Assembly (NCBI GenBank): GCA_049510395.1
Contig: JBEKYY010000012.1
Span: 7,530 to 71,529, forward strand
Direction of reading: 5' to 3'
DNA length: 64,000 nt
DNA from: Verrucomicrobiota bacterium
GTDB taxonomy: Bacteria > Verrucomicrobiota > Verrucomicrobiia > Limisphaerales > UBA11358
Shown in pieces: positions 37,563 through 47,106 of the stretch. Within the stretch, counting starts at the first letter, position 1. Each line of letters opens with the position of its first letter. Below the pieces are notes generated by a model, which was not told the DNA's origin, searched no databases, and worked only from the letters and a program-made list of their open reading frames with translations. Both the position numbers and the translations under genes were made by a program.

Positions 37563-37716
37563 CCTCGCGGATGCTTCGTCTGCTCGCCAAGCGCCAGCGG
37601 GGTGATGCAGTCCAAGACGCATCGCGTATTTCAGGAATGATTATACCGCGCACAGCGTCTTGGAGAGTCCACCCTCCGCAGTACTGCTACGGAGGACGGG
37701 CGGCGGCCCTCCGCCG
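37563..37716 (+). repeat. Intergenic repeat family R2, copy C, with an appended CCTCCGCAGTACTGCTACGGAGG hairpin
   Basis: ...GCGCCAGCGGGGTGATGCAGTCCAAGACGCATCGCGTATTTCAGGAATGATTATACCGCGCACAGCGTCTTGGAGAGTCCACCCTCCGCAGTACTGCTACGGAGGACGGG... Confidence 0.65.
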
Positions 37717-37897
37717 CTTTTCTCAGAGCAGATTATCGCGTGGTCAGCGTCTTTCGCAGTTGGAAAATCTGCGTCCATCGGCGAAATCTGCGGATGAAGT
37801 TTGGGCTCTCGCAGAGCTTCGCCCGCTGATTCGAGGACGAGAACGATCCGCCTTCGTCAAGACTACGGCGGACAGGGGACGAGGACGAAGCGGGTTT

Positions 37898-38833
37898 TTA
37901 GAACACTTCAGCCTTGAGACCGGACACGTGACGCACGGTGTGCGCGATGTGGGAAAGCGTTTTCAACGGCAGATGTCCGCACTCCGCGTGAAACATCGGC
38001 CGCGTGGCGGAGTAAATCTGCACGAGGGGAATGTTCGCACCCGCCGCCTTCAATTCCTTGAGCCGATGCGCGTATTCCTCGATTTCCTTGGACGGCGGCT
38101 CTTCGCCGTTGATGGCCGGGAACAGGCTTTGGATGATCACCGGGCGCTGGCGGGCCACCAGCAGGATGTTGGATAGCACTTTCTCCAGCGGCACGTCCGA
38201 CCGGTCCACCCGGTTGAAAAACGCCTGCGTGCCGCCGTCGAGCTTCGCCCAGATTTCGTCGGACTTCGTGAAATGTTTCAACCCCTGCTGTACCTGGGGC
38301 CGGTCCAGCCCGGTGGCATTCGTAATCAGCACGATTTTGAAGAACGGAAATTCGCCCAGCGCCCGGATGTGCACGATGGACTCGACGGCCTCGGCAAAAT
38401 TCGGCGCGAGGGTCGGTTCGCCGTCGCCGCTCAAGGCCACGTGACGCAGCGTGAACAATTCCTCCGGCAGCGCGGAACACCACGGACGTTCGTGCAATTT
38501 TCCCGCCAGCACGAACGCGAGCGTTTTGTGAAGCTCGGCGGCCATCGCGTCCAAGTCCAGCCTCGTCTCGCGCGGCGGGGTCCGGCGGTCCACCTCGCAA
38601 TAGAGACAGTTAAAATTGCACAGCTTGTCCGGGTTCATGTTCACGCCCAGCGACAAACCGTGGGCGCGTGCCGAAATCACCGCATACACAAAGCGGTTGT
38701 TGAGAAAATCGCGCGGGCAGCCGAAGGCCGTCTCCGGAATCGCAAGGCGTTCTTTCCCGTTCCCGTTGAATGATCCGGCGGCGGTCGAGTTCAAGTGTTT
38801 TTGACTGGCTGCTTCCACAATTCTCACCGGCAC
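37898..38833 (-). CDS. Radical SAM protein (small, COG0731/Tyw1-related-like)
   Basis: CxxxCxxC in GVNMNPDKLCNFNCLYCEV and the GDGEPTL SAM-binding motif. Function unassigned. Confidence 0.8.
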   Translation of the reverse strand: MPVRIVEAASQKHLNSTAAGSFNGNGKERLAIPETAFGCPRDFLNNRFVYAVISARAHGLSLGVNMNPDKLCNFNCLYCEVDRRTPPRETRLDLDAMAAELHKTLAFVLAGKLHERPWCSALPEELFTLRHVALSGDGEPTLAPNFAEAVESIVHIRALGEFPFFKIVLITNATGLDRPQVQQGLKHFTKSDEIWAKLDGGTQAFFNRVDRSDVPLEKVLSNILLVARQRPVIIQSLFPAINGEEPPSKEIEEYAHRLKELKAAGANIPLVQIYSATRPMFHAECGHLPLKTLSHIAHTVRHVSGLKAEVF

Positions 38834-38930
38834 GTTAAACCGGCGGCGGAACCGTCACTACACGGCTCTTGGCAAAATGCCCACATTCCTTGCCCCGGGG
38901 GTTGTGAAGGAGGTCGTGTTGCCGAAATCC

Positions 38931-39039
38931 CGGAGCGCGGGTTGTCTCAACCCGCAGCCGGTGGCAGGGGGTGGTGGCCGTGCGAATTTTTGTTATTTCG
39001 TGTTCCCGGCTGCTGCGGCTTGAGACAAGCCGCGCTCCG
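38931..39039. repeat. Double-hairpin inverted-repeat element, copy 2
   Basis: CGGAGCGCGGGTTGTCTCAACCCGCAG ...55 nt... CTGCGGCTTGAGACAAGCCGCGCTCCG. The arms are identical or near-identical to 27336..27429. Confidence 0.65.
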
Positions 39040-39144
39040 TTTTAGTGTCCGTTCTTTTGAGCGACACGTCCGGGGGAATGTGCCGGGTGAAGAATTCCCG
39101 GCATTCATGCGGGAATTCCAAGTCAATCCACGTTTTGTCCGCGA

Positions 39145-39909
39145 CTAGCGGCGCGGCTTGCCGTTACGCATGGAATCCAGCGCCGCGAGGGTGCGCTGGT
39201 AAATTTCCTCCGGCGTGCCCTCGGCCTCGATGGTCACCAGCAGACCGCGTTGCTGGTAGAAGTCGGTCAGCGGTTTGGTGTTCTTTTCGTAAACCTCCAT
39301 GCGCACGCGGACGGCTTCAGGCCGGTCGTCCTCGCGCTGCTGAAGTTTTGTCCCGCAATGATCGCAAACGCCTTCCACGCGCGGCGGCAGCGCGGTCACG
39401 TGGAAAACCACCTTGCATTTCGGGCAGGTGCGCCGGCCGCTCAGGCGCGCGACAACTTTTTCGATGGGCAAATCGTAATTCAACACGGCATCGAGCGGGA
39501 TTTGCTCCTGTGCCAGGATTTTGGCGAAGGCCTCCGCCTGCGCAACCGTGCGCGGAAATCCATCGAGCAAAAACCCGCCGGGGCAACGGAGGCAGGTGAT
39601 GCGCTCGCGGACGAGGTCGAGCACGGTCTGGTCGGGGACCAGATCGCCGCGTTTCATGTAGCCGAGCGCGGCTTCCAGCGCCGGGCTGCGCTCGTGGGCG
39701 GCCAGGCTTTTGGCCGCGCGGAAGATGTCGCCGGTGGACAGGTGGCAGGTGCCCAGCCGTTCGCAGAGCAATTCGGCCTGGGTTCCCTTGCCCACGCCCG
39801 GCGCACCGAGGAGCACCAGACGAAAAACACGCGCTGGCAGCGGCGGGAGAATTTCGCACTTGGCCGCGCCGCCCTGGATCCAGGCCACTCGAATAAGTTG
39901 TGTACTCAT
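39145..39909 (-). CDS. adk: Adenylate kinase (long lid with Zn-finger Cys4)
   Basis: LVLLGAPGVGKGTQ P-loop, the GFLLDGFPRT motif, lid CPKCKVVF...CDHCGTKLQQREDD. The 27-aa N-terminal extension may reflect a mis-called start. Confidence 0.85.
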   Translation of the reverse strand: MSTQLIRVAWIQGGAAKCEILPPLPARVFRLVLLGAPGVGKGTQAELLCERLGTCHLSTGDIFRAAKSLAAHERSPALEAALGYMKRGDLVPDQTVLDLVRERITCLRCPGGFLLDGFPRTVAQAEAFAKILAQEQIPLDAVLNYDLPIEKVVARLSGRRTCPKCKVVFHVTALPPRVEGVCDHCGTKLQQREDDRPEAVRVRMEVYEKNTKPLTDFYQQRGLLVTIEAEGTPEEIYQRTLAALDSMRNGKPRR

Positions 39910-40287
39910 ATCATTTCCATGAAAAATTTAATTCCGACACACACAACGTGTTGTGAAGACGATGCTGATTCAAGGGATATTTAAATCCAAGCCAATAAAT
40001 ACACTGTCTTTGCCAAAAATGGATGAAAGAAGGTTGGGAAATGGCTTCGATGGGGAAATCCGGCCGTCAAATCGGGGAGCTGCGGCGGCGCGCCGCGTGG
40101 CAAAATTTGATGCAATAAAGCCAAACTTTGCTTTTCAGCAGGGTGGCGAGTCGGGTATACCATTGCCCGTGCAAGTCGTCGCCGCCTGTCTCCGACAGGC
40201 TTCCGCAAAGTTGCAATTGGTTTCAGATGGGCCCCGCTCCCACGGAGCGCGGGCGGCTGCGATTTCCAAATTGAAAGAAATTTTACT

Positions 40288-42378
40288 ATGAAAAATTACG
40301 CTCCAGCAGACATCCGTAACTTCGCCGTCGTCGGTCACGCCTCGTCCGGCAAGACGATGCTCTGCGAGGCGATGCTCGCGTGCGGCGGCGTCATCAACCG
40401 CATGGGCCGCATTGCCGACGGTTCCACCGTGTCTGATTATCACGTCAGCGAAAAGAACCGGCAGATTTCCGTCTCGGCGTCGCTGCTGCACACGGAGTGG
40501 GCGGGAAAGAAGCTCAACATCATTGACACCCCGGGTTATCTCGACTTCATCAGTGAAGGACTGGGCGCGTTGCGCGTCGGCGATTTCGCGCTGGTGGTGA
40601 TTCATGCGCAACACGGTGTCGGCGTCGGCACCGACCGGGTGTGGGATTACGCGACCCGCTACGGCATCCCGAAAATGATCGTGGTAAACGCGGTGGACAA
40701 GGAGAACGTGGATTTCGACGCGGTGGTGCGCCAGGTGCAGGAGCGGTTTAGCCGGCACGTTTTTCCGTTGAGCGTGCCGATGAATCCCGGCCCCGGCTTC
40801 AACCGGGTGCTGGACGTGTTGCGCAATGAAATTGTGACCTACGCGACTGATTCCAGCGGCAAATACAAGGAAGAGCCGGCCACCGGCGAATGGGAGGCGA
40901 AGGTCAAGGAATTACACCGCCAATTGATCGAACACATCGCCGAGTCCGACGACGAGTTGATGAACAAGTTTTTCGAGCAGGGCAGTCTTTCGGAGGAGGA
41001 ATTTCGCGCCGGCATCCACGCGGCGGTGCAAAAGGAACAGTTGATTCCGCTGTTTTGCACTTCGGCGGAAAACAACATCGGCGTCGCGCGCCTGATGGAT
41101 TTCATCGCCAAATACGGCTCATCACCCGTGGACCGCAAGAAGGTGAAGGCCGTCAACGCCAACGACGCGGAGGTGGAGGTCGGCTTGGATGATTCTGAAC
41201 CGGTGCTTTATATTTTCAAGACGATGTCCGAGGCGCATTTTGGCGAACTGTCGTTCTTCCGTGTCTATTCGGGATCGGTCTCCACCGGCATGGACCTGTA
41301 CAACAGCGACCGCAAAACCAACGAACGCATCGGGCAGATTTACCTGCTCAACGGCCAGAACCGCGAGGCGGTCAACACCCTCGGCCCCGGGGACATTGCT
41401 GCGGCCGTCAAACTCAAGGACACGCACACCGGCAACACGCTGTGCCACGCCAAGAAGGCCGTGCGGTTGCCGAAAGTCGTTTATCCCAAGCCCAACATCC
41501 ACGCGTCACTGGTCGCCAAGGTGAAGGGCGAGGAGGACAAAATCGCCTCCGGCCTCGCCGCGTTGCACAATGAAGACCCCACGTTCATTTACGTCGTTGA
41601 CGCGGAACTGCATCAGACCATCATTTCCGCCCAGGGCGAACTGCATCTGGAAGTCGTGGCCGACCGCCTCCGCCGCCGGCACAACGTCCATGTGGAACTG
41701 GGCGAACCGCGCGTGCGTTACCGCGAAACAATCCGGGGCAGGGGCGACTCAAAATATCGCCACAAAAAGCAGACCGGCGGCGCGGGACAATTCGCCGAGG
41801 TCTGGATGCGCATCGAACCCAAGCCGCGTGACTCGGGCGTCGAATTCACCAATTCGCTGGTTGGCCAGAACGTGGACCGCGTGTTCGTGCCGTCGGTCGA
41901 GAAGGGTGTCAATCAAGCCTGCAACGAAGGTATCATCGCCGGCTGCCGCGTCACGGACGTGAAGATTGATTTTTACGACGGCAAGATGCACCCGGTGGAT
42001 TCCAAGGACATCGCGTTCCAGATCGCCGGTTATTTTGCATTCAAGGAGTCGTTCCAGGCCGCCAAGCCGTGCCTGCTGGAGCCGATCAACAACGTCGAGA
42101 TTCAGATCCCGGAGGATTGCATGGGCAAGGTGATGGGCGACCTTTCCAGCCGGCGCGGCCGGATTCAGGGCATTGAGGCCGACGGCGGTTTCCAGGTGAT
42201 CAAGGCGCAGGTTCCGGTGAAGGATCTTTATCACTATTCCAGCATTCTTCGTTCGCTGACCGGCGGGCGCGGCGTGCATACGGAGGATTTCAGCCACTAC
42301 GAAGAAATGCCCCGCGACGCTGCGGAAAAGGTGATTGAAGAAGCGAAGAAAAGAAAAGCCGCCGCCGAATCGCATTAA
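40288..42378 (+). CDS. Elongation factor G paralogue (EF-G2-like)
   Basis: 696 aa. G1 GHASSGKT, G3 DTPG, and EF-G domains II-V recognisable (e.g. GELHLEVV, RETI, GGAGQFA). The G4 motif reads NAVD instead of NKxD. Confidence 0.9.
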   Translation: MKNYAPADIRNFAVVGHASSGKTMLCEAMLACGGVINRMGRIADGSTVSDYHVSEKNRQISVSASLLHTEWAGKKLNIIDTPGYLDFISEGLGALRVGDFALVVIHAQHGVGVGTDRVWDYATRYGIPKMIVVNAVDKENVDFDAVVRQVQERFSRHVFPLSVPMNPGPGFNRVLDVLRNEIVTYATDSSGKYKEEPATGEWEAKVKELHRQLIEHIAESDDELMNKFFEQGSLSEEEFRAGIHAAVQKEQLIPLFCTSAENNIGVARLMDFIAKYGSSPVDRKKVKAVNANDAEVEVGLDDSEPVLYIFKTMSEAHFGELSFFRVYSGSVSTGMDLYNSDRKTNERIGQIYLLNGQNREAVNTLGPGDIAAAVKLKDTHTGNTLCHAKKAVRLPKVVYPKPNIHASLVAKVKGEEDKIASGLAALHNEDPTFIYVVDAELHQTIISAQGELHLEVVADRLRRRHNVHVELGEPRVRYRETIRGRGDSKYRHKKQTGGAGQFAEVWMRIEPKPRDSGVEFTNSLVGQNVDRVFVPSVEKGVNQACNEGIIAGCRVTDVKIDFYDGKMHPVDSKDIAFQIAGYFAFKESFQAAKPCLLEPINNVEIQIPEDCMGKVMGDLSSRRGRIQGIEADGGFQVIKAQVPVKDLYHYSSILRSLTGGRGVHTEDFSHYEEMPRDAAEKVIEEAKKRKAAAESH

Positions 42379-42423
42379 AGCGACCAACCGGCGGCGCCGG
42401 CCAAAGCCGGCAAGACCTGACGC

Positions 42424-42675
42424 TTATTGCACCGCGACCGTGGCGCGGCTGACTGCGGAATAGAGGGCGTCCTTGAGTTTGGCGCGTTTGAACTTCAGTT
42501 CATCAATCTCCTGGTCGGTGGCGAACTCAATTTCCTCCTCAATCCGGCAGACGGCGTCATCCAAATGGTGGTATTCCTCAAACATCTGGCGGAATTTATT
42601 GTCGCTCAGGCGCAGGTGCCGGACGGTTTCGCGATGTTCGGGGAATTCACTCAGGAAGGGATGATGTATGTCCAT
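42424..42675 (-). CDS. DUF465 (YdcH-like) small protein
   Basis: 83 aa. HHPFLSEFPEH...LRLSDNKFRQMFEEYHHLDDAVCRIE...ELKFKRAKLKDAL fits the DUF465 pattern. Confidence 0.7.
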   Translation of the reverse strand: MDIHHPFLSEFPEHRETVRHLRLSDNKFRQMFEEYHHLDDAVCRIEEEIEFATDQEIDELKFKRAKLKDALYSAVSRATVAVQ

Positions 42676-43020
42676 AGACTCTTAAGTTTCAAGTTTGACA
42701 GTTTACTCACCACTGCGTTTGAACTTAGACAATAAATTTTTTCTGTCAAGCGCCTTGCGGCAGAATGGCCGATTTTTTACGCGAGCTGGCTTAAATCACA
42801 GGTCATGGCGCCGGCCGCCGGATACGAGCAAGGTGGCAGATGCAAATGATGCGTTTTTGTTGGTAAAATGGATGGCGGATGCCGCCATCTGGCCCGTCCC
42901 GGTGGTTCTTCGGCTGAAAGCCGGCACCGCTTTGGAAGCCCGGTCCGCAGTCGAAAAGCGGCGGCGGGCCGCCGCCCGTCCTCTCCATCCTCCGTAGCAG
43001 GGCTACTGCGGAGGACGGGC

Positions 43021-43183
43021 GTAGCAGTACTGCGGAGGGTGGACACTCCAAGACGCCGTGCGCGATACGATGATTCCTGAGAAACGCGAAGCGTCTTGGA
43101 GTGCGCCAGCCCTCTGGCGCTTTGCAAGAAAACGAATGTCCGCGAGATTCCTGAATGAACTTTTGTGCGCCAATGACAATGTG
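43021..43183 (-). repeat. Intergenic repeat family R2, copy B (inverted orientation)
   Basis: The reverse complement reads CACATTGTCATTGGCGCACAAAAGTTCATTCAGGAATCTCGCGG...CTCCAAGACGCTTCGCG...GCGTCTTGGAGTGTCCACCCTCCGCAGTACTGCTAC. Internal 11-bp inverted repeat CTCCAAGACGC/GCGTCTTGGAG. Confidence 0.7.
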
Positions 43184-43239
43184 CCCGCGCCACTTTCTTT
43201 TTCTTTTCCCCAAGCGGCCAGACTGAAATCGCGCCGGGT

Positions 43240-43947
43240 TCACCGCGCCGCGTCATGCGGCAGGGCGAACACCAGAAAGTATTCCCGCGGCAGAAAAGTG
43301 AAACGTTCCACCAACCGAAAGCCGGCCGCCTGAAGTTCCGTCACAACCTGCTCTTCCGGGAGACGATATTTTTTGGGCGGTCCCGGCGCGTCGGCGTCCG
43401 GACGGTATTCCAGGATGGCAACGCGCCCGTTTGCCTTGAGTGCCCGGCGCAACCGCTCCAGGTAAACCGCGCGATCGCTGATTTCCTTGTAAACGCTCGA
43501 GAAAAAGGCCAGGTCGCACGAACCGTCCGGCAGCCGGGGGTCATCGAACTCGCCGCGGATCACCGTCACGTTGGTCAGGGCGCGCTGCTCCACCCGTTGG
43601 GTCAGCTTGCGGATCATCACGGGTTGCACGTCGGTGGCGTAAACGTGGCCGTTGGTCCCGACGCGCCGGGAGAACTTCTCTGTGAAGTAGCCCCCGCCCG
43701 CGCCAATGTCCGCCACGACCTGTCCTGGGGACACCTCCAGCGCATCGAGCACCTGCTCCGGCATCTGCCATTGGTCCCGCTTCGGTGATTCCAGATAGAA
43801 AAGGTAGAAGGGATTGAAAACGTTGTGCCCGTGATAATCGGTCATGGTCGGACCGCAGGAAACCATCAGCCACGGCAGCAACAACACCAGCCAGGGCAGA
43901 ACGGAGGGGCTGCGGAGTTTCATAACGATTGTCTTGCCAGGCTGCAT
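43240..43947 (-). CDS. Class I SAM-dependent methyltransferase with N-terminal signal/lipoprotein-like peptide
   Basis: Motif I VVADIGAGGGYFT. N-terminus LPWLVLLLPWLMVSCGP suggests export. Alternative start MKLRSP at 43923. Confidence 0.8.
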   Translation of the reverse strand: MQPGKTIVMKLRSPSVLPWLVLLLPWLMVSCGPTMTDYHGHNVFNPFYLFYLESPKRDQWQMPEQVLDALEVSPGQVVADIGAGGGYFTEKFSRRVGTNGHVYATDVQPVMIRKLTQRVEQRALTNVTVIRGEFDDPRLPDGSCDLAFFSSVYKEISDRAVYLERLRRALKANGRVAILEYRPDADAPGPPKKYRLPEEQVVTELQAAGFRLVERFTFLPREYFLVFALPHDAAR

Positions 43948-44036
43948 AATTTCAAAACGTTACAATTTCCATGGGGTCGCAGTGTAAGCCGCGCCGGGCG
44001 GTAAGGCCAGTTTCTTGTTTCCCTTGAGCCGCAATT

Positions 44037-44238
44037 GGGCGCAACTTGACACCACCGCCATTTTTTCTCCCTCTCCTCCTCCCGCCCTGCGGGAAGGAGA
44101 GGGGCGCCCGTCCTCCGTAGCAGTACTGCGGAGGGTGGAGGGTGAGGAGGCCGATTATTCAAGCTCAAATCCCCTCGCCCCAGCCCTCTCCCCGCTCGAG
44201 CGGGGAGAGGGAGTCGGCAGCAGTGTCAAGTTGCGCCC
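44037..44238 (+). mobile_element. MITE-like element (family M1), 202 nt, perfect 16-bp terminal inverted repeats
   Basis: GGGCGCAACTTGACAC at 44037..44052 and its exact reverse complement GTGTCAAGTTGCGCCC at 44223..44238. The interior carries three hairpin modules shared with 24993..25185 and 10671..10835. No coding capacity. Confidence 0.6.
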
Positions 44239-44357
44239 GCCGCAATTCGTTCATTCCCCCTTTGGGTGTTCTGCGTCTTTGCGCGGGGCCTTCCGTTTGT
44301 TTCGCTTTCTTTTCTTTTCCATCAACGCCTGTGCCGCATAATGGAGCCGCCAACTTT

Positions 44358-45551
44358 ATGACGAAAGTTCCACTCTCAGAGCTAACGGATCGGATGAAAC
44401 GTTTCCGGGCGCGGATGGATGCGGAGCACCCGAATTGGGAACTGGCCGCGTTTTTTGGCCGGGTCAATCAATACTATTTCACCGGCACGATGCAGGACGG
44501 GTTGCTGCTGGTCCCCCGCGACGGCGAACCGGTCTTCTGGGTGCGCCGAAGTTTCGAGCGGGCCGGCGCCGAATCGCTCTTTCCCGACATCCGCCCCATG
44601 AAAAGTTTCCGCGATGCCGTACCGGCGGTGCCGCCGGTTGCGGCACGGCAGGCCATCCATCTCGAAACCGAGCTGGTTCCGCTCGCGTTGGTCCAACGTT
44701 TTCGAAAACATTTCGCCTGCAAAGAGGTGGCGTCGCTCGATGCGACAATCGCCCGGGTGCGCGCGGTCAAAAGCCCGTACGAACTGGCCATCATGGAACG
44801 GTGTGGCGCAATCCACCAACGCATCATGGAAGAAAACGTGCCGGCGATGCTGCGCGAGGGAATGAACGAGGCGGAGTTTGCCTGTGAACTTTATTCGCTC
44901 CTCGTGCGCGAGGGGCATCAGGGCACCATACGCTTCGGCATGTTCAACGTGGACGTCGCCGTGGCGCAACTGGGCTTCGGGGAGAATTCAATTTATCCCA
45001 CCAGCTTCGACGGGCCGGGCGGATGTGTGGGCATTGGTCCCGCCGCGCCGGTGCTGGGCAGTCGCGACCGCAAGCTCCAAAAGGGCGACCTTGTATTCGT
45101 GGATGTTGGCTGCGCCATGGACGGCTATCACACCGACAAGACGATGGTCTATATGTTTGGCCGGCCGCTGCCGGATGGGGTGATTGCGGTCCACCGGCGT
45201 TGCGTGGAACTCGAGCGCCGGCTGGCATCGTTGCTGAAACCCGGGGCGATACCGTCAGCGATTTATGCCGATGTCATGGGAAGTCTCGACCCGGAATTTC
45301 TGAAGAATTTCATGGGCTTTGGCAATCGTCGGGCGAATTTTCTCGGCCATGGGGTGGGATTGCAGATTGATGAACCGCCGGTGATTGCCGAAGGTTTTGA
45401 CGAACCGCTGGCCGGAGGCATGGTGCTGGCACTCGAACCGAAGAAGGGCGTGCCGGGCGTGGGAATGGTGGGGACGGAAAACACGTATCTGGTCACGCCC
45501 GAAGGCGGCCGGAGTCTCACCGGCAGCCACCCCGGCCTGCTCTTGGTTTGA
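44358..45551 (+). CDS. M24-family Xaa-Pro aminopeptidase/dipeptidase
   Basis: ATG at 44358 (MTKVPLSELTDRMKRF); the upstream part of ORF 44142.. runs through the MITE. Creatinase-like N-terminal domain, then metal-ligand contexts VFVDVGCAMDGYHTD, GHGVGLQIDE and LALEP. Confidence 0.85.
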   Translation: MTKVPLSELTDRMKRFRARMDAEHPNWELAAFFGRVNQYYFTGTMQDGLLLVPRDGEPVFWVRRSFERAGAESLFPDIRPMKSFRDAVPAVPPVAARQAIHLETELVPLALVQRFRKHFACKEVASLDATIARVRAVKSPYELAIMERCGAIHQRIMEENVPAMLREGMNEAEFACELYSLLVREGHQGTIRFGMFNVDVAVAQLGFGENSIYPTSFDGPGGCVGIGPAAPVLGSRDRKLQKGDLVFVDVGCAMDGYHTDKTMVYMFGRPLPDGVIAVHRRCVELERRLASLLKPGAIPSAIYADVMGSLDPEFLKNFMGFGNRRANFLGHGVGLQIDEPPVIAEGFDEPLAGGMVLALEPKKGVPGVGMVGTENTYLVTPEGGRSLTGSHPGLLLV

Positions 45552-45717
45552 AAAGCTGCTCGATATCAGGCAGCTACTCGAAACACGCCGACTTGTCCCG
45601 CCGTAGTCCCGCTTTGCGGGACGAAGGTGGAAGTCACCGTGCCGTCGCGGGATGATTGGGAAAAGGATTGGGAGGAAAAATCCCACAACAGAGTCCCATC
45701 GAAGCAACCACCCGGCC

Positions 45718-47058
45718 TTACGGCTTGTCGTTATGAATTACAATCTGTTCGGCCATACGAGAAACCAGTGGAAGATATTTCCAAATCTTTATGTCATTAG
45801 CTCTCGTGGGTAAAATGACTCGACTTTCCCGCTTTTCACGTGCATGAACTAGGCAATTTCGGATCTTTGTAACTTGGTCGATAAGTTTTGGTGTCCACAT
45901 TTCACACCAGCCTTCTTCGGTTAAGTCAGATGAGATTAATTTCGGAACTACAAATCCTCCCTCAAAGGTTAAATCAGCGCAAAAAAACTTTTTATTTTGT
46001 TCGATGTCCTTCCATAAGATTTTTGGCTCGCAAAATTCCTCAATTACTCTGCGAATGCGTCCCTCTTCATTTTGAGCCGCATCGGTGAGCACTGAAAGTA
46101 GTTCACTGACACGTTCATCCGCACAATTAATGAACGAAGGGGAACGCAATAATCGTGTCAGGGAACTTTTAGTTTTGGCATCAATAAAATAAAACCCCGC
46201 ATATTCAAAAACTTGGTAGTAATATATAAATGCAAATCTTGGTTCGCTTGATCGGGCAACTTCAATCAGTCGTAACAATATATTGTCTGTAGGTTTAAAA
46301 GAAAGCTCCGCCGGAAAACATCCTTCCACATAACGCAACGGCTCTACGGCTCTTTCTTTTATATCTTCTGTCGGGCGTACTACAATAATTGGAGATTTCC
46401 TATCGTAGTACCTCATAAGCAGATTTAGATGTGTCGAAAATAATTCCCAGTCAATTTCCTTCAACGGGACAGAAGATTTAACAAAAAAGCAACGTGGGAC
46501 ACGCTTTTGGAAAAATTCTTTTACCTGGTCCGGCAATTCTTTAATTCGTTGGCAATCTCGAAAGGCGACTAGTTGCGGAACTGTTTGTTCCAAACCACTT
46601 GGCAATCGACGATAGTATTTAGAAATCAAAAAAAGTTGTTTGGATGGTTCACGAAAGACACATTCAAAAGCAACTCCTTGGAAATGAAATTTAAAGGCCC
46701 TGTCAACATATCCAGACTCTCTTTCGTTTTTGGGGTCTAAAAACGCAAAAATAAATTCTGCCTCGTTTTTGTCGAGATGCATCAGTGCGTCAAAACGAGG
46801 GTTTATCAGAAGGTGCTGAAGCTGTTCAATAGCAGCTGTATCGTTTAATGGAATTGAAATCTGGCCGTCTTCTTGTCCCCACGGTTGATTAATAATAAGT
46901 TTATCATCTTCCTTTGAAATTTTGACGTGAGGATTGTTTGAGGAAAACTTTTTAACACCTGAAGGATATGAGGAATCGCTTTCCATAATTGTTTCATAAT
47001 TTGAATCGAAATATGATGTGTTGCCAAGCAAATTTCGCCAGCAACAGCCCATTTGCAC
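45718..47058 (-). CDS. Hypothetical 446-aa protein with a C-terminal HEPN-like domain (Rx4H motif RNCLVH)
   Basis: AT-rich gene (about 40% GC by spot count versus more than 60% in the flanks). RNCLVH is encoded at 45844..45861, in the C-terminal helical region ...FAFIYYYQVFEYAG...KIRNCLVHAREKRE. No recognisable N-terminal domain. It lies 48 nt downstream of the methylase gene on the same strand. Confidence 0.6.
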   Translation of the reverse strand: MQMGCCWRNLLGNTSYFDSNYETIMESDSSYPSGVKKFSSNNPHVKISKEDDKLIINQPWGQEDGQISIPLNDTAAIEQLQHLLINPRFDALMHLDKNEAEFIFAFLDPKNERESGYVDRAFKFHFQGVAFECVFREPSKQLFLISKYYRRLPSGLEQTVPQLVAFRDCQRIKELPDQVKEFFQKRVPRCFFVKSSVPLKEIDWELFSTHLNLLMRYYDRKSPIIVVRPTEDIKERAVEPLRYVEGCFPAELSFKPTDNILLRLIEVARSSEPRFAFIYYYQVFEYAGFYFIDAKTKSSLTRLLRSPSFINCADERVSELLSVLTDAAQNEEGRIRRVIEEFCEPKILWKDIEQNKKFFCADLTFEGGFVVPKLISSDLTEEGWCEMWTPKLIDQVTKIRNCLVHAREKRESRVILPTRANDIKIWKYLPLVSRMAEQIVIHNDKP

Positions 47059-47106
47059 ACGTTGTGCTTCCTCGCAATGAGAACTGAATCCAAAAGGCCG
47101 ACGAAG

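Noticed and set aside
37517-38176. ORFs built from repeats (37517..38176, 42777..43256, 42803..43243, 23259..23711, 17755..18375, 15115..15645)
   Set aside because: They lie wholly or mostly in intergenic repeat families R1/R2/M1 and encode the recurring repeat-derived peptides. They have no domain signatures.
42379-42423. Bidirectional terminator between EF-G and the DUF465 gene (GCCGGC-CAAA-GCCGGC)
   Set aside because: There is only a 6-bp palindromic stem and no flanking T/A runs. This is too weak to call without transcript data.
45552-45575. Candidate distal att repeat of the tRNA-Thr 3' end (AAGCTGCTCGATATCAGG versus tRNA GCCTGCTGTCAGG)
   Set aside because: Only short patches (GCTGCT, TCAGG) match, with a 5-nt indel. 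This is not distinguishable from chance.
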